This document shows, piece by piece, positions 47,287 to 56,674 of a stretch of DNA of 64,000 nt (position 1 is its first letter; each line of letters starts with the position of its first letter). The stretch comes from an uncultured Dehalococcoidia bacterium (GTDB taxonomy: Bacteria > Chloroflexota > Dehalococcoidia > DSTF01 > JACRBR01). Both the position numbers and the translations under genes were made by a program. The stretch lies in assembly GCA_964371355.1 (NCBI GenBank), contig CAYJMG010000002.1, positions 86,883-150,882 on the forward strand. The letters run 5' to 3'. The notes under the pieces were generated by a model. The model saw only the letters and a list, made by a program, of their open reading frames with translations, did no database searches and was not told where the DNA came from.

Positions 47287-49188
47287 ATGGATCGCCGCCT
47301 CCCGCCGGCCCTCACGGACTTTGCGCGCCTGCTGCTCGTCCTCGCGCTCGACGCGGCCGTCGTGCTGGCTGCCTACGTTGCCGCCCTGGCCCTCCGCTTC
47401 GATGGTGACGTCCCGTCGGAGTCCTGGCGCTTCTTCGCGCAGGTCTCCTGGTTCATCGCCATTGCGTACCTGGTGGCCAACTTCGCTGCCGGCGTGTACC
47501 GCACCCAATGGAAGTACGCCGGCGCGGCCGATGCCTTCAACCTGGTGCTCGCCATCGGTCTCACATCGATCTTCCTGTTCGCTATCAACGCCTTTCTCAG
47601 CCCGCGTCACATCCCGTTGACGGTGAACGTCGTGGCGCCCTCGCTGATGCTGCTCGCGATGGGTGGGCTGAAGTTCGGCCCGCGGATCATCGCCTCGCGC
47701 AACCCCTTCGCCGGATACGACGCCGGCGTCAAGAACGTGCTCATCATCGGCGCCGGCCACACGGGCCAGCTTCTGGCGCGCGAGTTCATCAACAACCGCC
47801 GCTGGCAATACCGCCCCCTCGGTTTCATCGACGATGACCGCCGGCTCCGCGGCGTCCGCATGCATTCGGTCACAGTCCTGGGCGATCGCTTCGACATTCC
47901 CGATATCTGCGCGAAGAAGCGCGTCGACCTCATCGCCCTCGCCATCCCGTCGGCGCCCGGCAACGTCATGCGCGACATCGTCGGCATCTGTCAGCGCACG
48001 CGCGTGCCCCTCCGCACCGTCCCCGGGCTGCAGAACATCGTCCGCAACGAGGCCGCCGCCACGGAGCTGCGGGAGCTGACTGCGGATGACCTGCTGGGCC
48101 GGGAGCAGGTGGAGATCGATGCGGAGATGTGCGCCGCCGCCATCCGGGGCAAGTCGGTGCTCATCACCGGCGCGGCGGGGTTCATCGCGTCGGAGCTGGC
48201 CCGCCAGGTGTATGAGTTCCAGCCCGGGACTCTGCACCTGCTCGACGTCAACGAGACGGGCCTGTACGACCTCGAGCGTGATCTCGCGCCCGACGAGGCG
48301 CGGTCGAACGTGAAGATCTGGCTCTGCGACGTCTCCGACCGCGCGCAGGTGGAGACGACGTTCGAGCAGGCGCGCCCGGACATCGTCTTCCACGCGGCGG
48401 CGTACAAGCACATCCCGGTGATGGAGGAGCACCCGCACGCGGCGTTGCGCGCGAATGTCGCCGGCACGCTGAACGTGTGCCTCGCCGCGGCGAAGGCCGG
48501 CGCCGCGAAGGTCGTGTTCGTCTCGACCGACAAGGCCGTGAACCCGGACAACGTGTACGGCGCGACGAAACGCATCGGCGAGCTGCTGGTCACCGCGCTC
48601 GGCCAGTCCGGGCCCACGACGTTTGCCGCCGTGCGCTTTGGCAACGTCATGGGCAGCCGCGGCAGCGTCGTCCCGCTCTTCCTGAGGCAGATCGAGCGTG
48701 GCGGTCCGGTCCTGATCACCGACCCGGAGACGACGCGCTTCCAGATGGCCGTCGAAGAGGCGGCGGCACTCGTCATCCAGGCCGCCTCGTTTGCTGGCCA
48801 GGGCCAGGTCTACATCCTCGACATGGGCGAGCCCTTGAAAACGGCCGATCTCGCCGAGAAGATGATCCGCCTGAAGGGCCTCGAGCCCGGCCGGGACATA
48901 CCCATCGTCTACACAGGTCTGCGCCCCGGTGAGAAGCTGCACGAGGAGCTGGTGGGGCCGCACGAGAAGGTGCTGCACACGCACCACAAGAAGATCATGT
49001 TGGTGGAGGGCCAGCCGGCCGTCGCGCGCGACGAGCTGGTCGCGAAGATCGAGGAACTTGCCGCGAACCCGCCGCGTTCGCGGGAGGAGGTGGCCACGCG
49101 GCTGATCGCGCTTTCGCGGCTGGACCTGCGGGACACCGGCATGCCGGTCACCTCGGCCGAGACCGCCGCACCCGACGCAACGGCGTAG
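47287..49188 (+). CDS. membrane-bound UDP-GlcNAc 4,6-dehydratase (CapD/WbpM/PglF family)
   Basis: Four N-terminal TM helices and two Rossmann domains (LIIGAGHTG, LITGAAGFIASEL). The SDR YxxxK motif is present. Confidence 0.9.
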   Translation: MDRRLPPALTDFARLLLVLALDAAVVLAAYVAALALRFDGDVPSESWRFFAQVSWFIAIAYLVANFAAGVYRTQWKYAGAADAFNLVLAIGLTSIFLFAINAFLSPRHIPLTVNVVAPSLMLLAMGGLKFGPRIIASRNPFAGYDAGVKNVLIIGAGHTGQLLAREFINNRRWQYRPLGFIDDDRRLRGVRMHSVTVLGDRFDIPDICAKKRVDLIALAIPSAPGNVMRDIVGICQRTRVPLRTVPGLQNIVRNEAAATELRELTADDLLGREQVEIDAEMCAAAIRGKSVLITGAAGFIASELARQVYEFQPGTLHLLDVNETGLYDLERDLAPDEARSNVKIWLCDVSDRAQVETTFEQARPDIVFHAAAYKHIPVMEEHPHAALRANVAGTLNVCLAAAKAGAAKVVFVSTDKAVNPDNVYGATKRIGELLVTALGQSGPTTFAAVRFGNVMGSRGSVVPLFLRQIERGGPVLITDPETTRFQMAVEEAAALVIQAASFAGQGQVYILDMGEPLKTADLAEKMIRLKGLEPGRDIPIVYTGLRPGEKLHEELVGPHEKVLHTHHKKIMLVEGQPAVARDELVAKIEELAANPPRSREEVATRLIALSRLDLRDTGMPVTSAETAAPDATA

Positions 49189-49280
49189 CAGCGCAGCCTG
49201 CCGTACCCAACCGGCGTTCACCCCACCGCAACCCCCGTCAACAACATCCGCCTGGCCCGATCACCCGCGACGCTTGGCCC

Positions 49281-50024
49281 GTGGCATCGCCGCCGCCCTC
49301 CGCGATCATGAGGCGAAGGAGGCATCACGTGGCCGTCACCGCACCGCACCCCGCACACCTGCGCACGCGGCCGAACGCCCGCGCGACGTGGACGAAGATC
49401 CTGCTCGCCTGCGGAGCGGGCGCGACCCTGCTGTACGCCGGCATGGATGCGCTCGCTGCGGTCCGCTACGACGGCTACAGCTACACCGGTCAGACCATCA
49501 GCGAGCTCTCAGCGGTCGATGCGCCGACGCGCTCGCTCTGGATCCCGTTCGGCGCCGTATACGGACTGCTCGTCATCGCGGGAGGGTTCGGCATCTGGCG
49601 CGCCGCCGGATCCAGCCGCCGCCTTCGCGTCGTTGCGGCGCTCGTCGCCGCCATGGGCGTGCTGGCTCTGGTCGCGTGGCCACTCGCGCCGATGCACCAG
49701 CGCGAGGTCCTCGCGGCCGGCGGCGACACGCTGTCCGATACGGTGCACATCATCCTCGGCGCGATCGACTCGGCGCTCTTCGTGCTCTCGATAGCGATCG
49801 GCGCGTCCGCGGCCGGCAGGCGATTCCGGACGTACTCGATCGTCACGATCGTGGCGGTGCTCGTTGCGGGCTCGCTGACCTTCCTGGCCAGCCCCGGCGT
49901 CGCCGACAACGAATCCACTCCCTGGATCGGCATCACCGAGCGCGTCGCCGTCTTCGGCTCGATGCTCTGGATCTCCAGCCTCTCCCTCGCGCTCTGGCGC
50001 CGCCCGCATCAGGCCGAACGCTAG
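49281..50024 (+). CDS. DUF998-like polytopic membrane protein
   Basis: Six hydrophobic helices. The start is uncertain. Confidence 0.55.
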   Translation: MASPPPSAIMRRRRHHVAVTAPHPAHLRTRPNARATWTKILLACGAGATLLYAGMDALAAVRYDGYSYTGQTISELSAVDAPTRSLWIPFGAVYGLLVIAGGFGIWRAAGSSRRLRVVAALVAAMGVLALVAWPLAPMHQREVLAAGGDTLSDTVHIILGAIDSALFVLSIAIGASAAGRRFRTYSIVTIVAVLVAGSLTFLASPGVADNESTPWIGITERVAVFGSMLWISSLSLALWRRPHQAER

Positions 50025-50132
50025 CCCTCGGGCAGCGCCGCGCCGGAATCCACCCGCTATCCTGACGTGGCCAACCCGATCACAAGCCAGGCATCCATTG
50101 CGTCCTCCGCGGCTCCGCGGTGAGTTGAGAGC

Positions 50133-51245
50133 ATGAAGATAGTAACCATCGTCGGCGCCCGGCCCCAGTTCATCAAGGCTGCGCCGTTCTCCCGCGCCGT
50201 CCGCCGCCGCCACACCGAGATCCTGGTCCACACGGGTCAGCACTACGACCCGCTGCTCTCCGACGTCTTCTTCGACGAGCTGGCGCTACCCCGCCCGGAC
50301 TACCACCTCGGCGCCGGGTCGGGCTCGCACGGGCGCCAGACGGGACAGATCCTCGAGCGGGCGGAAGAGGTGATGTGGAAGGAGCAGCCCGACGCCGTCG
50401 TCATCTACGGCGACACTAACAGCACGCTCGCGGGCGCGCTGGCCGCGGCCAAGCTCGCCATCCCCGTCGCGCACGTCGAGGCCGGCCTGCGCAGCTTCGT
50501 CCGCGACATGCCGGAGGAGATCAACCGCGTCCTCGCCGACCGCATCAGCACCTGGCTCTTCGCTCCGACCGAAACGGCTGTCGAGAACCTGCGTGCGGAG
50601 GGTGTGCCGCTTGCCAATGCGGACGAGGCAATCGCGGATCCGGCCACCAATACCCTGAAACCCGCAACCTACTTGACCGGCGACATCATGTGCGACGCGC
50701 TCCAGCAGAACGCCGCCATCGCCGAGCAGAAGTCGCGCGTCCTCGATCAGCTCGCACTGCGACCGGGCGAGTACGTCCTCGCGACGATCCATCGCGCGGC
50801 GAACACCGACGACGTCGCCCGCCTGGGCGAGATCTTCGACGCGCTGGCGCTGCTGCATGAGACAGTGATCCTGCCGCTGCACCCGCGCACCAGGGCCGCG
50901 CTGCTGGGCACCGACATCGAGGTCGAGCCTTCGGTGCGCGTCGTCGATCCTGTCGGCTACCTCGACATGCTCCAGCTTCAGCGGCACGCCCGCACGGTGC
51001 TCACCGATTCCGGCGGGGTACAGAAAGAGGCATACCTGCTCGGGGTGCCCTGCGTCACGCTCCGCGACGAGACGGAATGGCCCGAGACACTCGCCGCGGA
51101 GTGGAACGTGCTCGCCGGCGCCGACTGCGAGCGCATCCTGCGCGCCGCCCGCCGCCCTCGTCCGGCGACGGCTCCACCGCCCGTCTTCGGCGACGGGCAC
51201 GCCGCCGAACGGATGGTGGCCATCCTTGAGCGCACCGTCGGCTAA
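50133..51245 (+). CDS. UDP-N-acetylglucosamine/UDP-GlcNAc3NAcA 2-epimerase, non-hydrolysing (WecB/WbpI family)
   Basis: IVGARPQFIK, HTGQHYD and DSGGVQKE motifs. Confidence 0.9.
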   Translation: MKIVTIVGARPQFIKAAPFSRAVRRRHTEILVHTGQHYDPLLSDVFFDELALPRPDYHLGAGSGSHGRQTGQILERAEEVMWKEQPDAVVIYGDTNSTLAGALAAAKLAIPVAHVEAGLRSFVRDMPEEINRVLADRISTWLFAPTETAVENLRAEGVPLANADEAIADPATNTLKPATYLTGDIMCDALQQNAAIAEQKSRVLDQLALRPGEYVLATIHRAANTDDVARLGEIFDALALLHETVILPLHPRTRAALLGTDIEVEPSVRVVDPVGYLDMLQLQRHARTVLTDSGGVQKEAYLLGVPCVTLRDETEWPETLAAEWNVLAGADCERILRAARRPRPATAPPPVFGDGHAAERMVAILERTVG

Positions 51246-51290
51246 GATGCTCCGGGGAGCCGGAATCTGACCCGGGAGCGACACCAGCCC

Positions 51291-51881
51291 ATGACCACCA
51301 CCACCGCCTACATCCATCCCACCGCCGATGTCTCATCCGACGCGCAGGTCGGCGAGGGCACGAAGGTCTGGCACGAAGCCCAGGTCCGCGAGGGCGCCCG
51401 TATCGGCCGCGACTGCGTCCTCGGCAAGGGCGTCTACATCGACAAGGGCGTCGTCATTGGCGACCGCTGCAAGGTCCAGAACCGCGCCTCCATCTTCCAC
51501 GGCGTCACGCTGGAGGACGGCGTGTTCGTCGGCCCCCACGCCGTCTTCGCGAACGACCGCTTCCCCCGCGCCGTGACGCCGGAGGGCGTCCTGAAGTCTG
51601 ACGACGACTGGGAGGAGGGGCCGGTGCTGGTCGCGCACGGTGCGTCGGTCGGGGCAGGCGCGGTCGTCCTGCCCGGCGTCACCATCGGCGCCTGGGCGCT
51701 CGTTGCCGCGGGCGCGGTGGTCACGTCCGACGTCCCCGCGCACGCCATCGTGAAGGGCAACCCCGCGCGCATCGCCGGCTGGGCCTGCACCTGCGGCCGC
51801 CCGCTGCGCATGGAGCGCCCGGACCACTACCACTGCGATACCTGCGGCCGCACCTTCGATGCCGCCTCGATGCACGACTAG
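51291..51881 (+). CDS. hexapeptide-repeat (LβH) sugar N-acetyltransferase, WbpD/WlbB-like, with C-terminal Cys4 extension
   Basis: Left-handed β-helix hexapeptide repeats, WlbB-like length. The extra tail is CTCGRPLRMERPDHYHCDTCG. Confidence 0.8.
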   Translation: MTTTTAYIHPTADVSSDAQVGEGTKVWHEAQVREGARIGRDCVLGKGVYIDKGVVIGDRCKVQNRASIFHGVTLEDGVFVGPHAVFANDRFPRAVTPEGVLKSDDDWEEGPVLVAHGASVGAGAVVLPGVTIGAWALVAAGAVVTSDVPAHAIVKGNPARIAGWACTCGRPLRMERPDHYHCDTCGRTFDAASMHD

Positions 51882-52006
51882 GCGGGATCCCGTCATGCTG
51901 AGCGCAGCGAAACATCTTGCCGCTGGTGCCGAGGGCGCCGCTTTCTCAGGCAGGACTGCCGTGCGTGGCTCCATCGGGCGCGGCAGGTAAGGTGTCCCGC
52001 GACAGC

Positions 52007-53119
52007 ATGATCAAACTCGCCCACCCGCTGATTGAAGACGACGAACAGCAGGCTGTCCTCGACGCCCTCCGCTCAGGGCAACTCGCGCAGGGACCGCGTG
52101 TCGCCGACTTCGAGCGCGCGTTCGCCGAGTACACCGGCGCGACGCACGCGATCGCGGTCAACAGCGGCACCGCCGCCCTTCACACCGCGCTCCTCGCCCA
52201 CGGCATCGGCGCGATGTCTGATACCGGCGCGGCCGACGACGAGGTCATCGTCCCCGCGTTCTCGTTCGCGGCGACGGCCAACACCGTCCTGCAGGCCGGT
52301 GCTCGCCCCGTCTTCGTCGACGTCCGCGACCACGACTTCAACGTCGACCCCACCGTCGTCGGCGCCGCGATCACCCCGCGCACGCGCGCGATCGTCGCCG
52401 TGCACCTCTACGGCCGCATGTGCGATGCCCCGGCCCTTAAGGCGCTCTGCGATGAGCGCGGCTTCGTGTTCATCGAGGACGCGGCGCAGGCCGTCGGCGC
52501 CTCCATCGGCGGACAGCACGCCGGCACGTTCGGCACCGGTTGCTTCTCCTTCTACGCCACCAAGAACCTCACCACCGGCGAAGGCGGCATGATCACCACC
52601 GCCGATCCCGCCGTCGCCGAGCGCGCCCGCGCGGTCCGCTCGCAGGGCGAGCGCACCCGCTACGTCACCGATCTTCTGGGCTGGAACTACCGCATGACCG
52701 AGCCCGCGGCGGCGCTTGGCCTCGCGCAGCTCGCGAAGCTCAACGCGCGCAATCAACAGCGGCGTGAGAACGCCGCGCGGCTGAACCAGCTCCTCGCCGG
52801 CAACACCCGCATCGTGCTGCCGACCGAGGACGCCGGCCAGGTGCACGCGTGGCACCAGTACACCATCCGCGTCCGGGCCGGACGCGAGGCGCGCGACGCC
52901 CTGCAGGCCGCCCTTCGTGACCGCGGCATCGAGTCCGCCGTCTTCTATCCTGCGCCCATCCACCAGCAGCCCCACTACCGGCGCCTCGGCTATGGCGACC
53001 TCGAGCTGCCCGTCGCCACGCGCCTCGCGGCTGAGGTGCTCTCCCTCCCCATCCACCCGTCGCTGACGGACACCGACCTGCAGACCATCGCCACCGCGGT
53101 CAACGATCTGACCCGGTAG
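52007..53119 (+). CDS. DegT-family PLP aminotransferase (WbpE/WlbC-like)
   Basis: FSFYATKNLTTGEGGMITT with the PLP Lys. ATG 52007 is the first start with homology. Confidence 0.85.
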   Translation: MIKLAHPLIEDDEQQAVLDALRSGQLAQGPRVADFERAFAEYTGATHAIAVNSGTAALHTALLAHGIGAMSDTGAADDEVIVPAFSFAATANTVLQAGARPVFVDVRDHDFNVDPTVVGAAITPRTRAIVAVHLYGRMCDAPALKALCDERGFVFIEDAAQAVGASIGGQHAGTFGTGCFSFYATKNLTTGEGGMITTADPAVAERARAVRSQGERTRYVTDLLGWNYRMTEPAAALGLAQLAKLNARNQQRRENAARLNQLLAGNTRIVLPTEDAGQVHAWHQYTIRVRAGREARDALQAALRDRGIESAVFYPAPIHQQPHYRRLGYGDLELPVATRLAAEVLSLPIHPSLTDTDLQTIATAVNDLTR

Positions 53120-53192
53120 TCCTGCTCCCGCTTTCCGCTTCTCACTACTTCTCACTACCCATCTCTCACCTCCGAACAGCTATCCTTCCTCC

Positions 53193-54212
53193 ATGACAGA
53201 ACTCCGCGCGGCCGTCATCGGCCTCGGCGCCATGGGTGCGAACCATGCCCGCCTCTATGCCTCGATACCCGGCGTCCGTCTCGCCGCCGTAGCCGACACC
53301 GACCCCGCGCGCGCGGCTGGCGCAGCTCACGGCGCAGCCGTGTACGACGATCCCGCCCGCATGCTCCACGAGGCGCGACCGGAGCTGGTGAGCGTCTGCG
53401 TGCCCACCCGGGCGCATTTCGCAGTGGCGAGCGCCGCCATCGAGCGCGGCATCCCCCTGCTCGTCGAGAAGCCGCTGGCCGCCACGATCGATGAGGGCGA
53501 GCGCCTGCGCGACCTCGCCGCCGATCTCGGCGTGCCGCTGACCGTCGGGCACATCGAGCGCTTCAATCCGGCCGTGCTCGAGCTGAAGCGCCGGCTCGGC
53601 GAGGGCGAACTCGGCCGCGTGTACCAGGTCCACGCCCGTAGGCTGGGGCCGTTCCCCCACCGCGTCCGCGACGTCGGAGTCGTGCTCGACCTAGCTCCGC
53701 ACGATATCGACGTCATGCGCTTCCTGCTGGGGTCGGAAATCGTGCGCGTGCAGGCCGAGACGGAGCGCCGCCTTGCCACCGAGCACGAGGACATGCTGGC
53801 CGGCGTCCTGCGTTTCGCGAACGGCGTCGTCGGCGTACTGGACGTGAACTGGCTCACCCCGACGAAGATCCGCGAGCTTACCGTCCTCGGCGAGCGCGGC
53901 ATGTTCGTCGTCGACTACCTGGCGCGCGAGCTGGCGTTCTACGCCAACCCGCAGGCCGCGCCCTCGGGCGATCCCGAGTGGGCCGCGCACCACGGCAAGG
54001 GCGTGACGGAGGGCCCGCGCCGCGACATCGCTATCGAAAAGCGTGAACCGCTGCGAGCCGAGCTGGAAGCCTTCGCACGCGCCGTCCGCGAGCGTACGCC
54101 GGTCGCCGTCACTGCGGACGACGGGCTCGCCGCCATGCGGGCCGCGCAGGCCCTGATCGAGGCCGCGAACACCGGCCGGCCGGTGGCCGTGCCCGCCGGG
54201 GCGGCATCGTGA
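53193..54212 (+). CDS. Gfo/Idh/MocA-family NAD-dependent sugar oxidoreductase (WbpB/WlbA-like)
   Basis: AVIGLGAMGANHAR Rossmann plus the C-terminal α/β domain. Confidence 0.8.
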   Translation: MTELRAAVIGLGAMGANHARLYASIPGVRLAAVADTDPARAAGAAHGAAVYDDPARMLHEARPELVSVCVPTRAHFAVASAAIERGIPLLVEKPLAATIDEGERLRDLAADLGVPLTVGHIERFNPAVLELKRRLGEGELGRVYQVHARRLGPFPHRVRDVGVVLDLAPHDIDVMRFLLGSEIVRVQAETERRLATEHEDMLAGVLRFANGVVGVLDVNWLTPTKIRELTVLGERGMFVVDYLARELAFYANPQAAPSGDPEWAAHHGKGVTEGPRRDIAIEKREPLRAELEAFARAVRERTPVAVTADDGLAAMRAAQALIEAANTGRPVAVPAGAAS

Positions 54213-54219
54213 GCGCGAC

Positions 54220-55512
54220 ATGAACGTCACAATCGCCGGCCTGGGCAAGATCGGTCTGCCGCTCGCGGTGCAATTCGGCGCGAAGGGCGCGCAGGTGACG
54301 GGGTACGACATCAACCCCGAACGCTGCGCCATCATCAACGACGGGCGGAACCCGCTACCGTCGGAGCCCGGCCTCAGCGAGAAGATCCCCGGCCTCGTCG
54401 TCAGCGAGCACCTGCGGGCGACGACCGACGCGCGGGAGGCCGCATCGCACGCGGACACCGTCGTCCTTATCGTCCCCGTCGACATCGACGCGGCCCAGCA
54501 GCCCGACTTCACCGCGCTCGACGCCGCCGTGGACGCGCTTGCCTCGCACCTGAAGCGCGGTGTGCTCGTCATCGTCGAGACCACCGTCCCCGCCGGCGCC
54601 ACACGCAACCGCGTGGGCGCGCGCATCGCCGCGGCGACGGGCATGACGCCCGGCGCGGACTTCGCGCTTGCCTTCAGCCCCGAGCGCGTTTCGTCGGGCA
54701 CCGTGCTCCATGACCTGCAGCAGTACCCGAAGATCGTCGGCGGCGTCGACGCCCACAGCACGGCGCGAGCTGCGGAGTTCTACGCGGCGATGCTCGACGC
54801 GGAGATCCTGACCGTGCGCGACGCGGAGACGGCGGAGTTCAGCAAGCTGGTGGAGACGACCTACCGCGACGTGAACATCGCGCTGGCAAACGAGTTCGCT
54901 CGGATCGGCGACGCCCTCGGCCTCGATACGCTGGGCGCCATTGCCGCCGCGAACACACAACCGTACTCCCATGTCCACGCGCCCGGCCCGGGCGTCGGCG
55001 GACACTGCATCCCCGTATACCCGTACTTCCTCCTGCACCCTCAGATGCCGGGCGCCGCACAGCCTCCCGCCCTGGAGACGGAGCTGGTCGCGACGGCCCG
55101 CCGGGTTAACGACGGCATGGCGCACTACGCCATCGACCGGCTGGCGCAGGCGTTGGGCACCCTTGAGGGGACGACCGTGGCCGTCATGGGGCTCGCTTAC
55201 CGCGCGGGCGTGAAGGAGTCGCGCCACAGCAGCGCCTTCCCGCTGGCGCACGCGCTGATCGCAGCCGGCGCGGTGGCGTACGTGCACGACCCGCTGTTTA
55301 GCGACGCGGAGGTCCGCGCGCTGGGACTCGAGCCGCCGCCGGCATGGCCGTTGGCGTGCGATGCGCTGGTGATCCAGGCGTGGCACAGGCAGTATCACGG
55401 GCTGGACTTCGCAGGCTTCAAGGGGCTGCGGGCCGTGCTGGACACGCGGGCGTCGCTGGATGCGGCGGACATGCTGTCACTGGGGATCGCCTACGTCGGT
55501 CTCGGACGGTGA
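54220..55512 (+). CDS. UDP-N-acetyl-D-hexosamine 6-dehydrogenase (UDP-glucose/GDP-mannose dehydrogenase family, WbpA/WecC-like)
   Basis: IAGLGKIGLPLAV NAD motif and catalytic GGHCIP Cys. Confidence 0.85.
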   Translation: MNVTIAGLGKIGLPLAVQFGAKGAQVTGYDINPERCAIINDGRNPLPSEPGLSEKIPGLVVSEHLRATTDAREAASHADTVVLIVPVDIDAAQQPDFTALDAAVDALASHLKRGVLVIVETTVPAGATRNRVGARIAAATGMTPGADFALAFSPERVSSGTVLHDLQQYPKIVGGVDAHSTARAAEFYAAMLDAEILTVRDAETAEFSKLVETTYRDVNIALANEFARIGDALGLDTLGAIAAANTQPYSHVHAPGPGVGGHCIPVYPYFLLHPQMPGAAQPPALETELVATARRVNDGMAHYAIDRLAQALGTLEGTTVAVMGLAYRAGVKESRHSSAFPLAHALIAAGAVAYVHDPLFSDAEVRALGLEPPPAWPLACDALVIQAWHRQYHGLDFAGFKGLRAVLDTRASLDAADMLSLGIAYVGLGR

Positions 55513-55866
55513 TTGGAGGATATCGTTCCGGGTCTTATGTAGGCGCAGCAATCGCACCAGCTCTGGTACGTCGGAGGTCAGCGCCTCCCACACAATCTCA
55601 CGCTGAATATCCCAGTACACGTGCACGAGGATGTTCCGCATTCGCGAGATGGCGGCCCACGCGATATCCGGATGCGCCGCTCTGAACTCCGTGCTCAGGC
55701 CTCGGCTCGCTTCGCCGATGATCTCGAGCTCGCGAACGACGTTGTTATAGAAGGAGCGGTCATCGAGCGCCGCCTCGTGCACGCCTTCAATCGACCGCGC
55801 GATATGCTCCGCCGCATCGAAGATGTCCGCCAGGTATTGCTCGTCTCGCTGGGCGTTACGCGGCAT
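55477..55866 (-). CDS. hepT: HepT (DUF86) RNase toxin, intact
   Basis: [10 protein letters not shown] matches Rx4HxY. 129 aa. Overlaps the mntA stop by 11 nt and the wbpA-like 3' end by 36 nt. Confidence 0.85.
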   Translation of the reverse strand: MPRNAQRDEQYLADIFDAAEHIARSIEGVHEAALDDRSFYNNVVRELEIIGEASRGLSTEFRAAHPDIAWAAISRMRNILVHVYWDIQREIVWEALTSDVPELVRLLRLHKTRNDILQSPSETDVGDPQ

Positions 55867-56173
55867 AGACCGTCACGGAGGAATCCAGGATTTCCTTCCG
55901 ACGCGCGCCATTGCGGCTCTGTTCGACGCCGCGTTTGGTAAGCAGGTCCACCGGCCGTCCCAGTAGTTGCTCAAGCTCCATTTCGGCTTGTGCGAATGCC
56001 ACCAAGCCGATCCGTACGCCGGGCTCGAACGTGACGAGCACATCGATGTCGCTATCCGGCCGGAAATCATCGCGGAGCACCGAGCCGAACACGGACATCT
56101 CGCGGATTCTCCACCGCTTGCAGAAGTCCGCGATCGCCTCCATCGGCAGGTCGATCCTCAGTTCCTTGACCAT
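55856..56173 (-). CDS. mntA: MntA-type nucleotidyltransferase antitoxin
   Basis: [18 protein letters not shown]. About 60% identical to the 31411-31728 protein. Confidence 0.85.
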   Translation of the reverse strand: MVKELRIDLPMEAIADFCKRWRIREMSVFGSVLRDDFRPDSDIDVLVTFEPGVRIGLVAFAQAEMELEQLLGRPVDLLTKRGVEQSRNGARRKEILDSSVTVYAA

Positions 56174-56217
56174 ACCGGGATCTTAGCCGATCGTGCCCTG
56201 CGCTTTCCCGGCCCTCG

Positions 56218-56421
56218 TCAGGCCGGCTGGCCGAGGCGCCGCGACACGTACGACCACTGCGCGCGCGAAGACGAGTTGAGCCAGTCGCGGTAGGTATCCC
56301 GCGGCACGGGCCGCCCGCCTGGCACAGGCTGGCCATCCTCGACCATCGGCACCGTGCGCACCCCGTGGAGGGTCGCGCAGAAGCCGCAGTAGCATCCGCC
56401 GATCATCGTGTTGCCGTTCAT
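56218..56421 (-). CDS. small Cys-rich protein (67 aa), hypothetical
   Basis: GGCYCGFC N-terminus. Third-codon positions are strongly G/C. There is a perfect SD (GAAGGAGG-N6-ATG). Confidence 0.5.
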   Translation of the reverse strand: MNGNTMIGGCYCGFCATLHGVRTVPMVEDGQPVPGGRPVPRDTYRDWLNSSSRAQWSYVSRRLGQPA

Positions 56422-56674
56422 CGCTACCTCCTTCGGCGGCCGATGGCGTCGCGCCGCCGTCCTTCAAGAGCAACATCGGAGGCCGGGTGTAAAGTCGCGC
56501 CGAGTGTGGTAAGGGGCATGTAAACGCGTGGGAAATTCAGGATTCGGCTGTCTGGCGGGCGCGATCAGCCCTGAGTCCATGTAGACAGCAGGCGGGACCG
56601 GCGGGAACAAATCGCCCTGACGCGGCGTCCTCTCATCATCCCCGGGCGGGACCGGGGGCAAGTGGAGGACGGAC

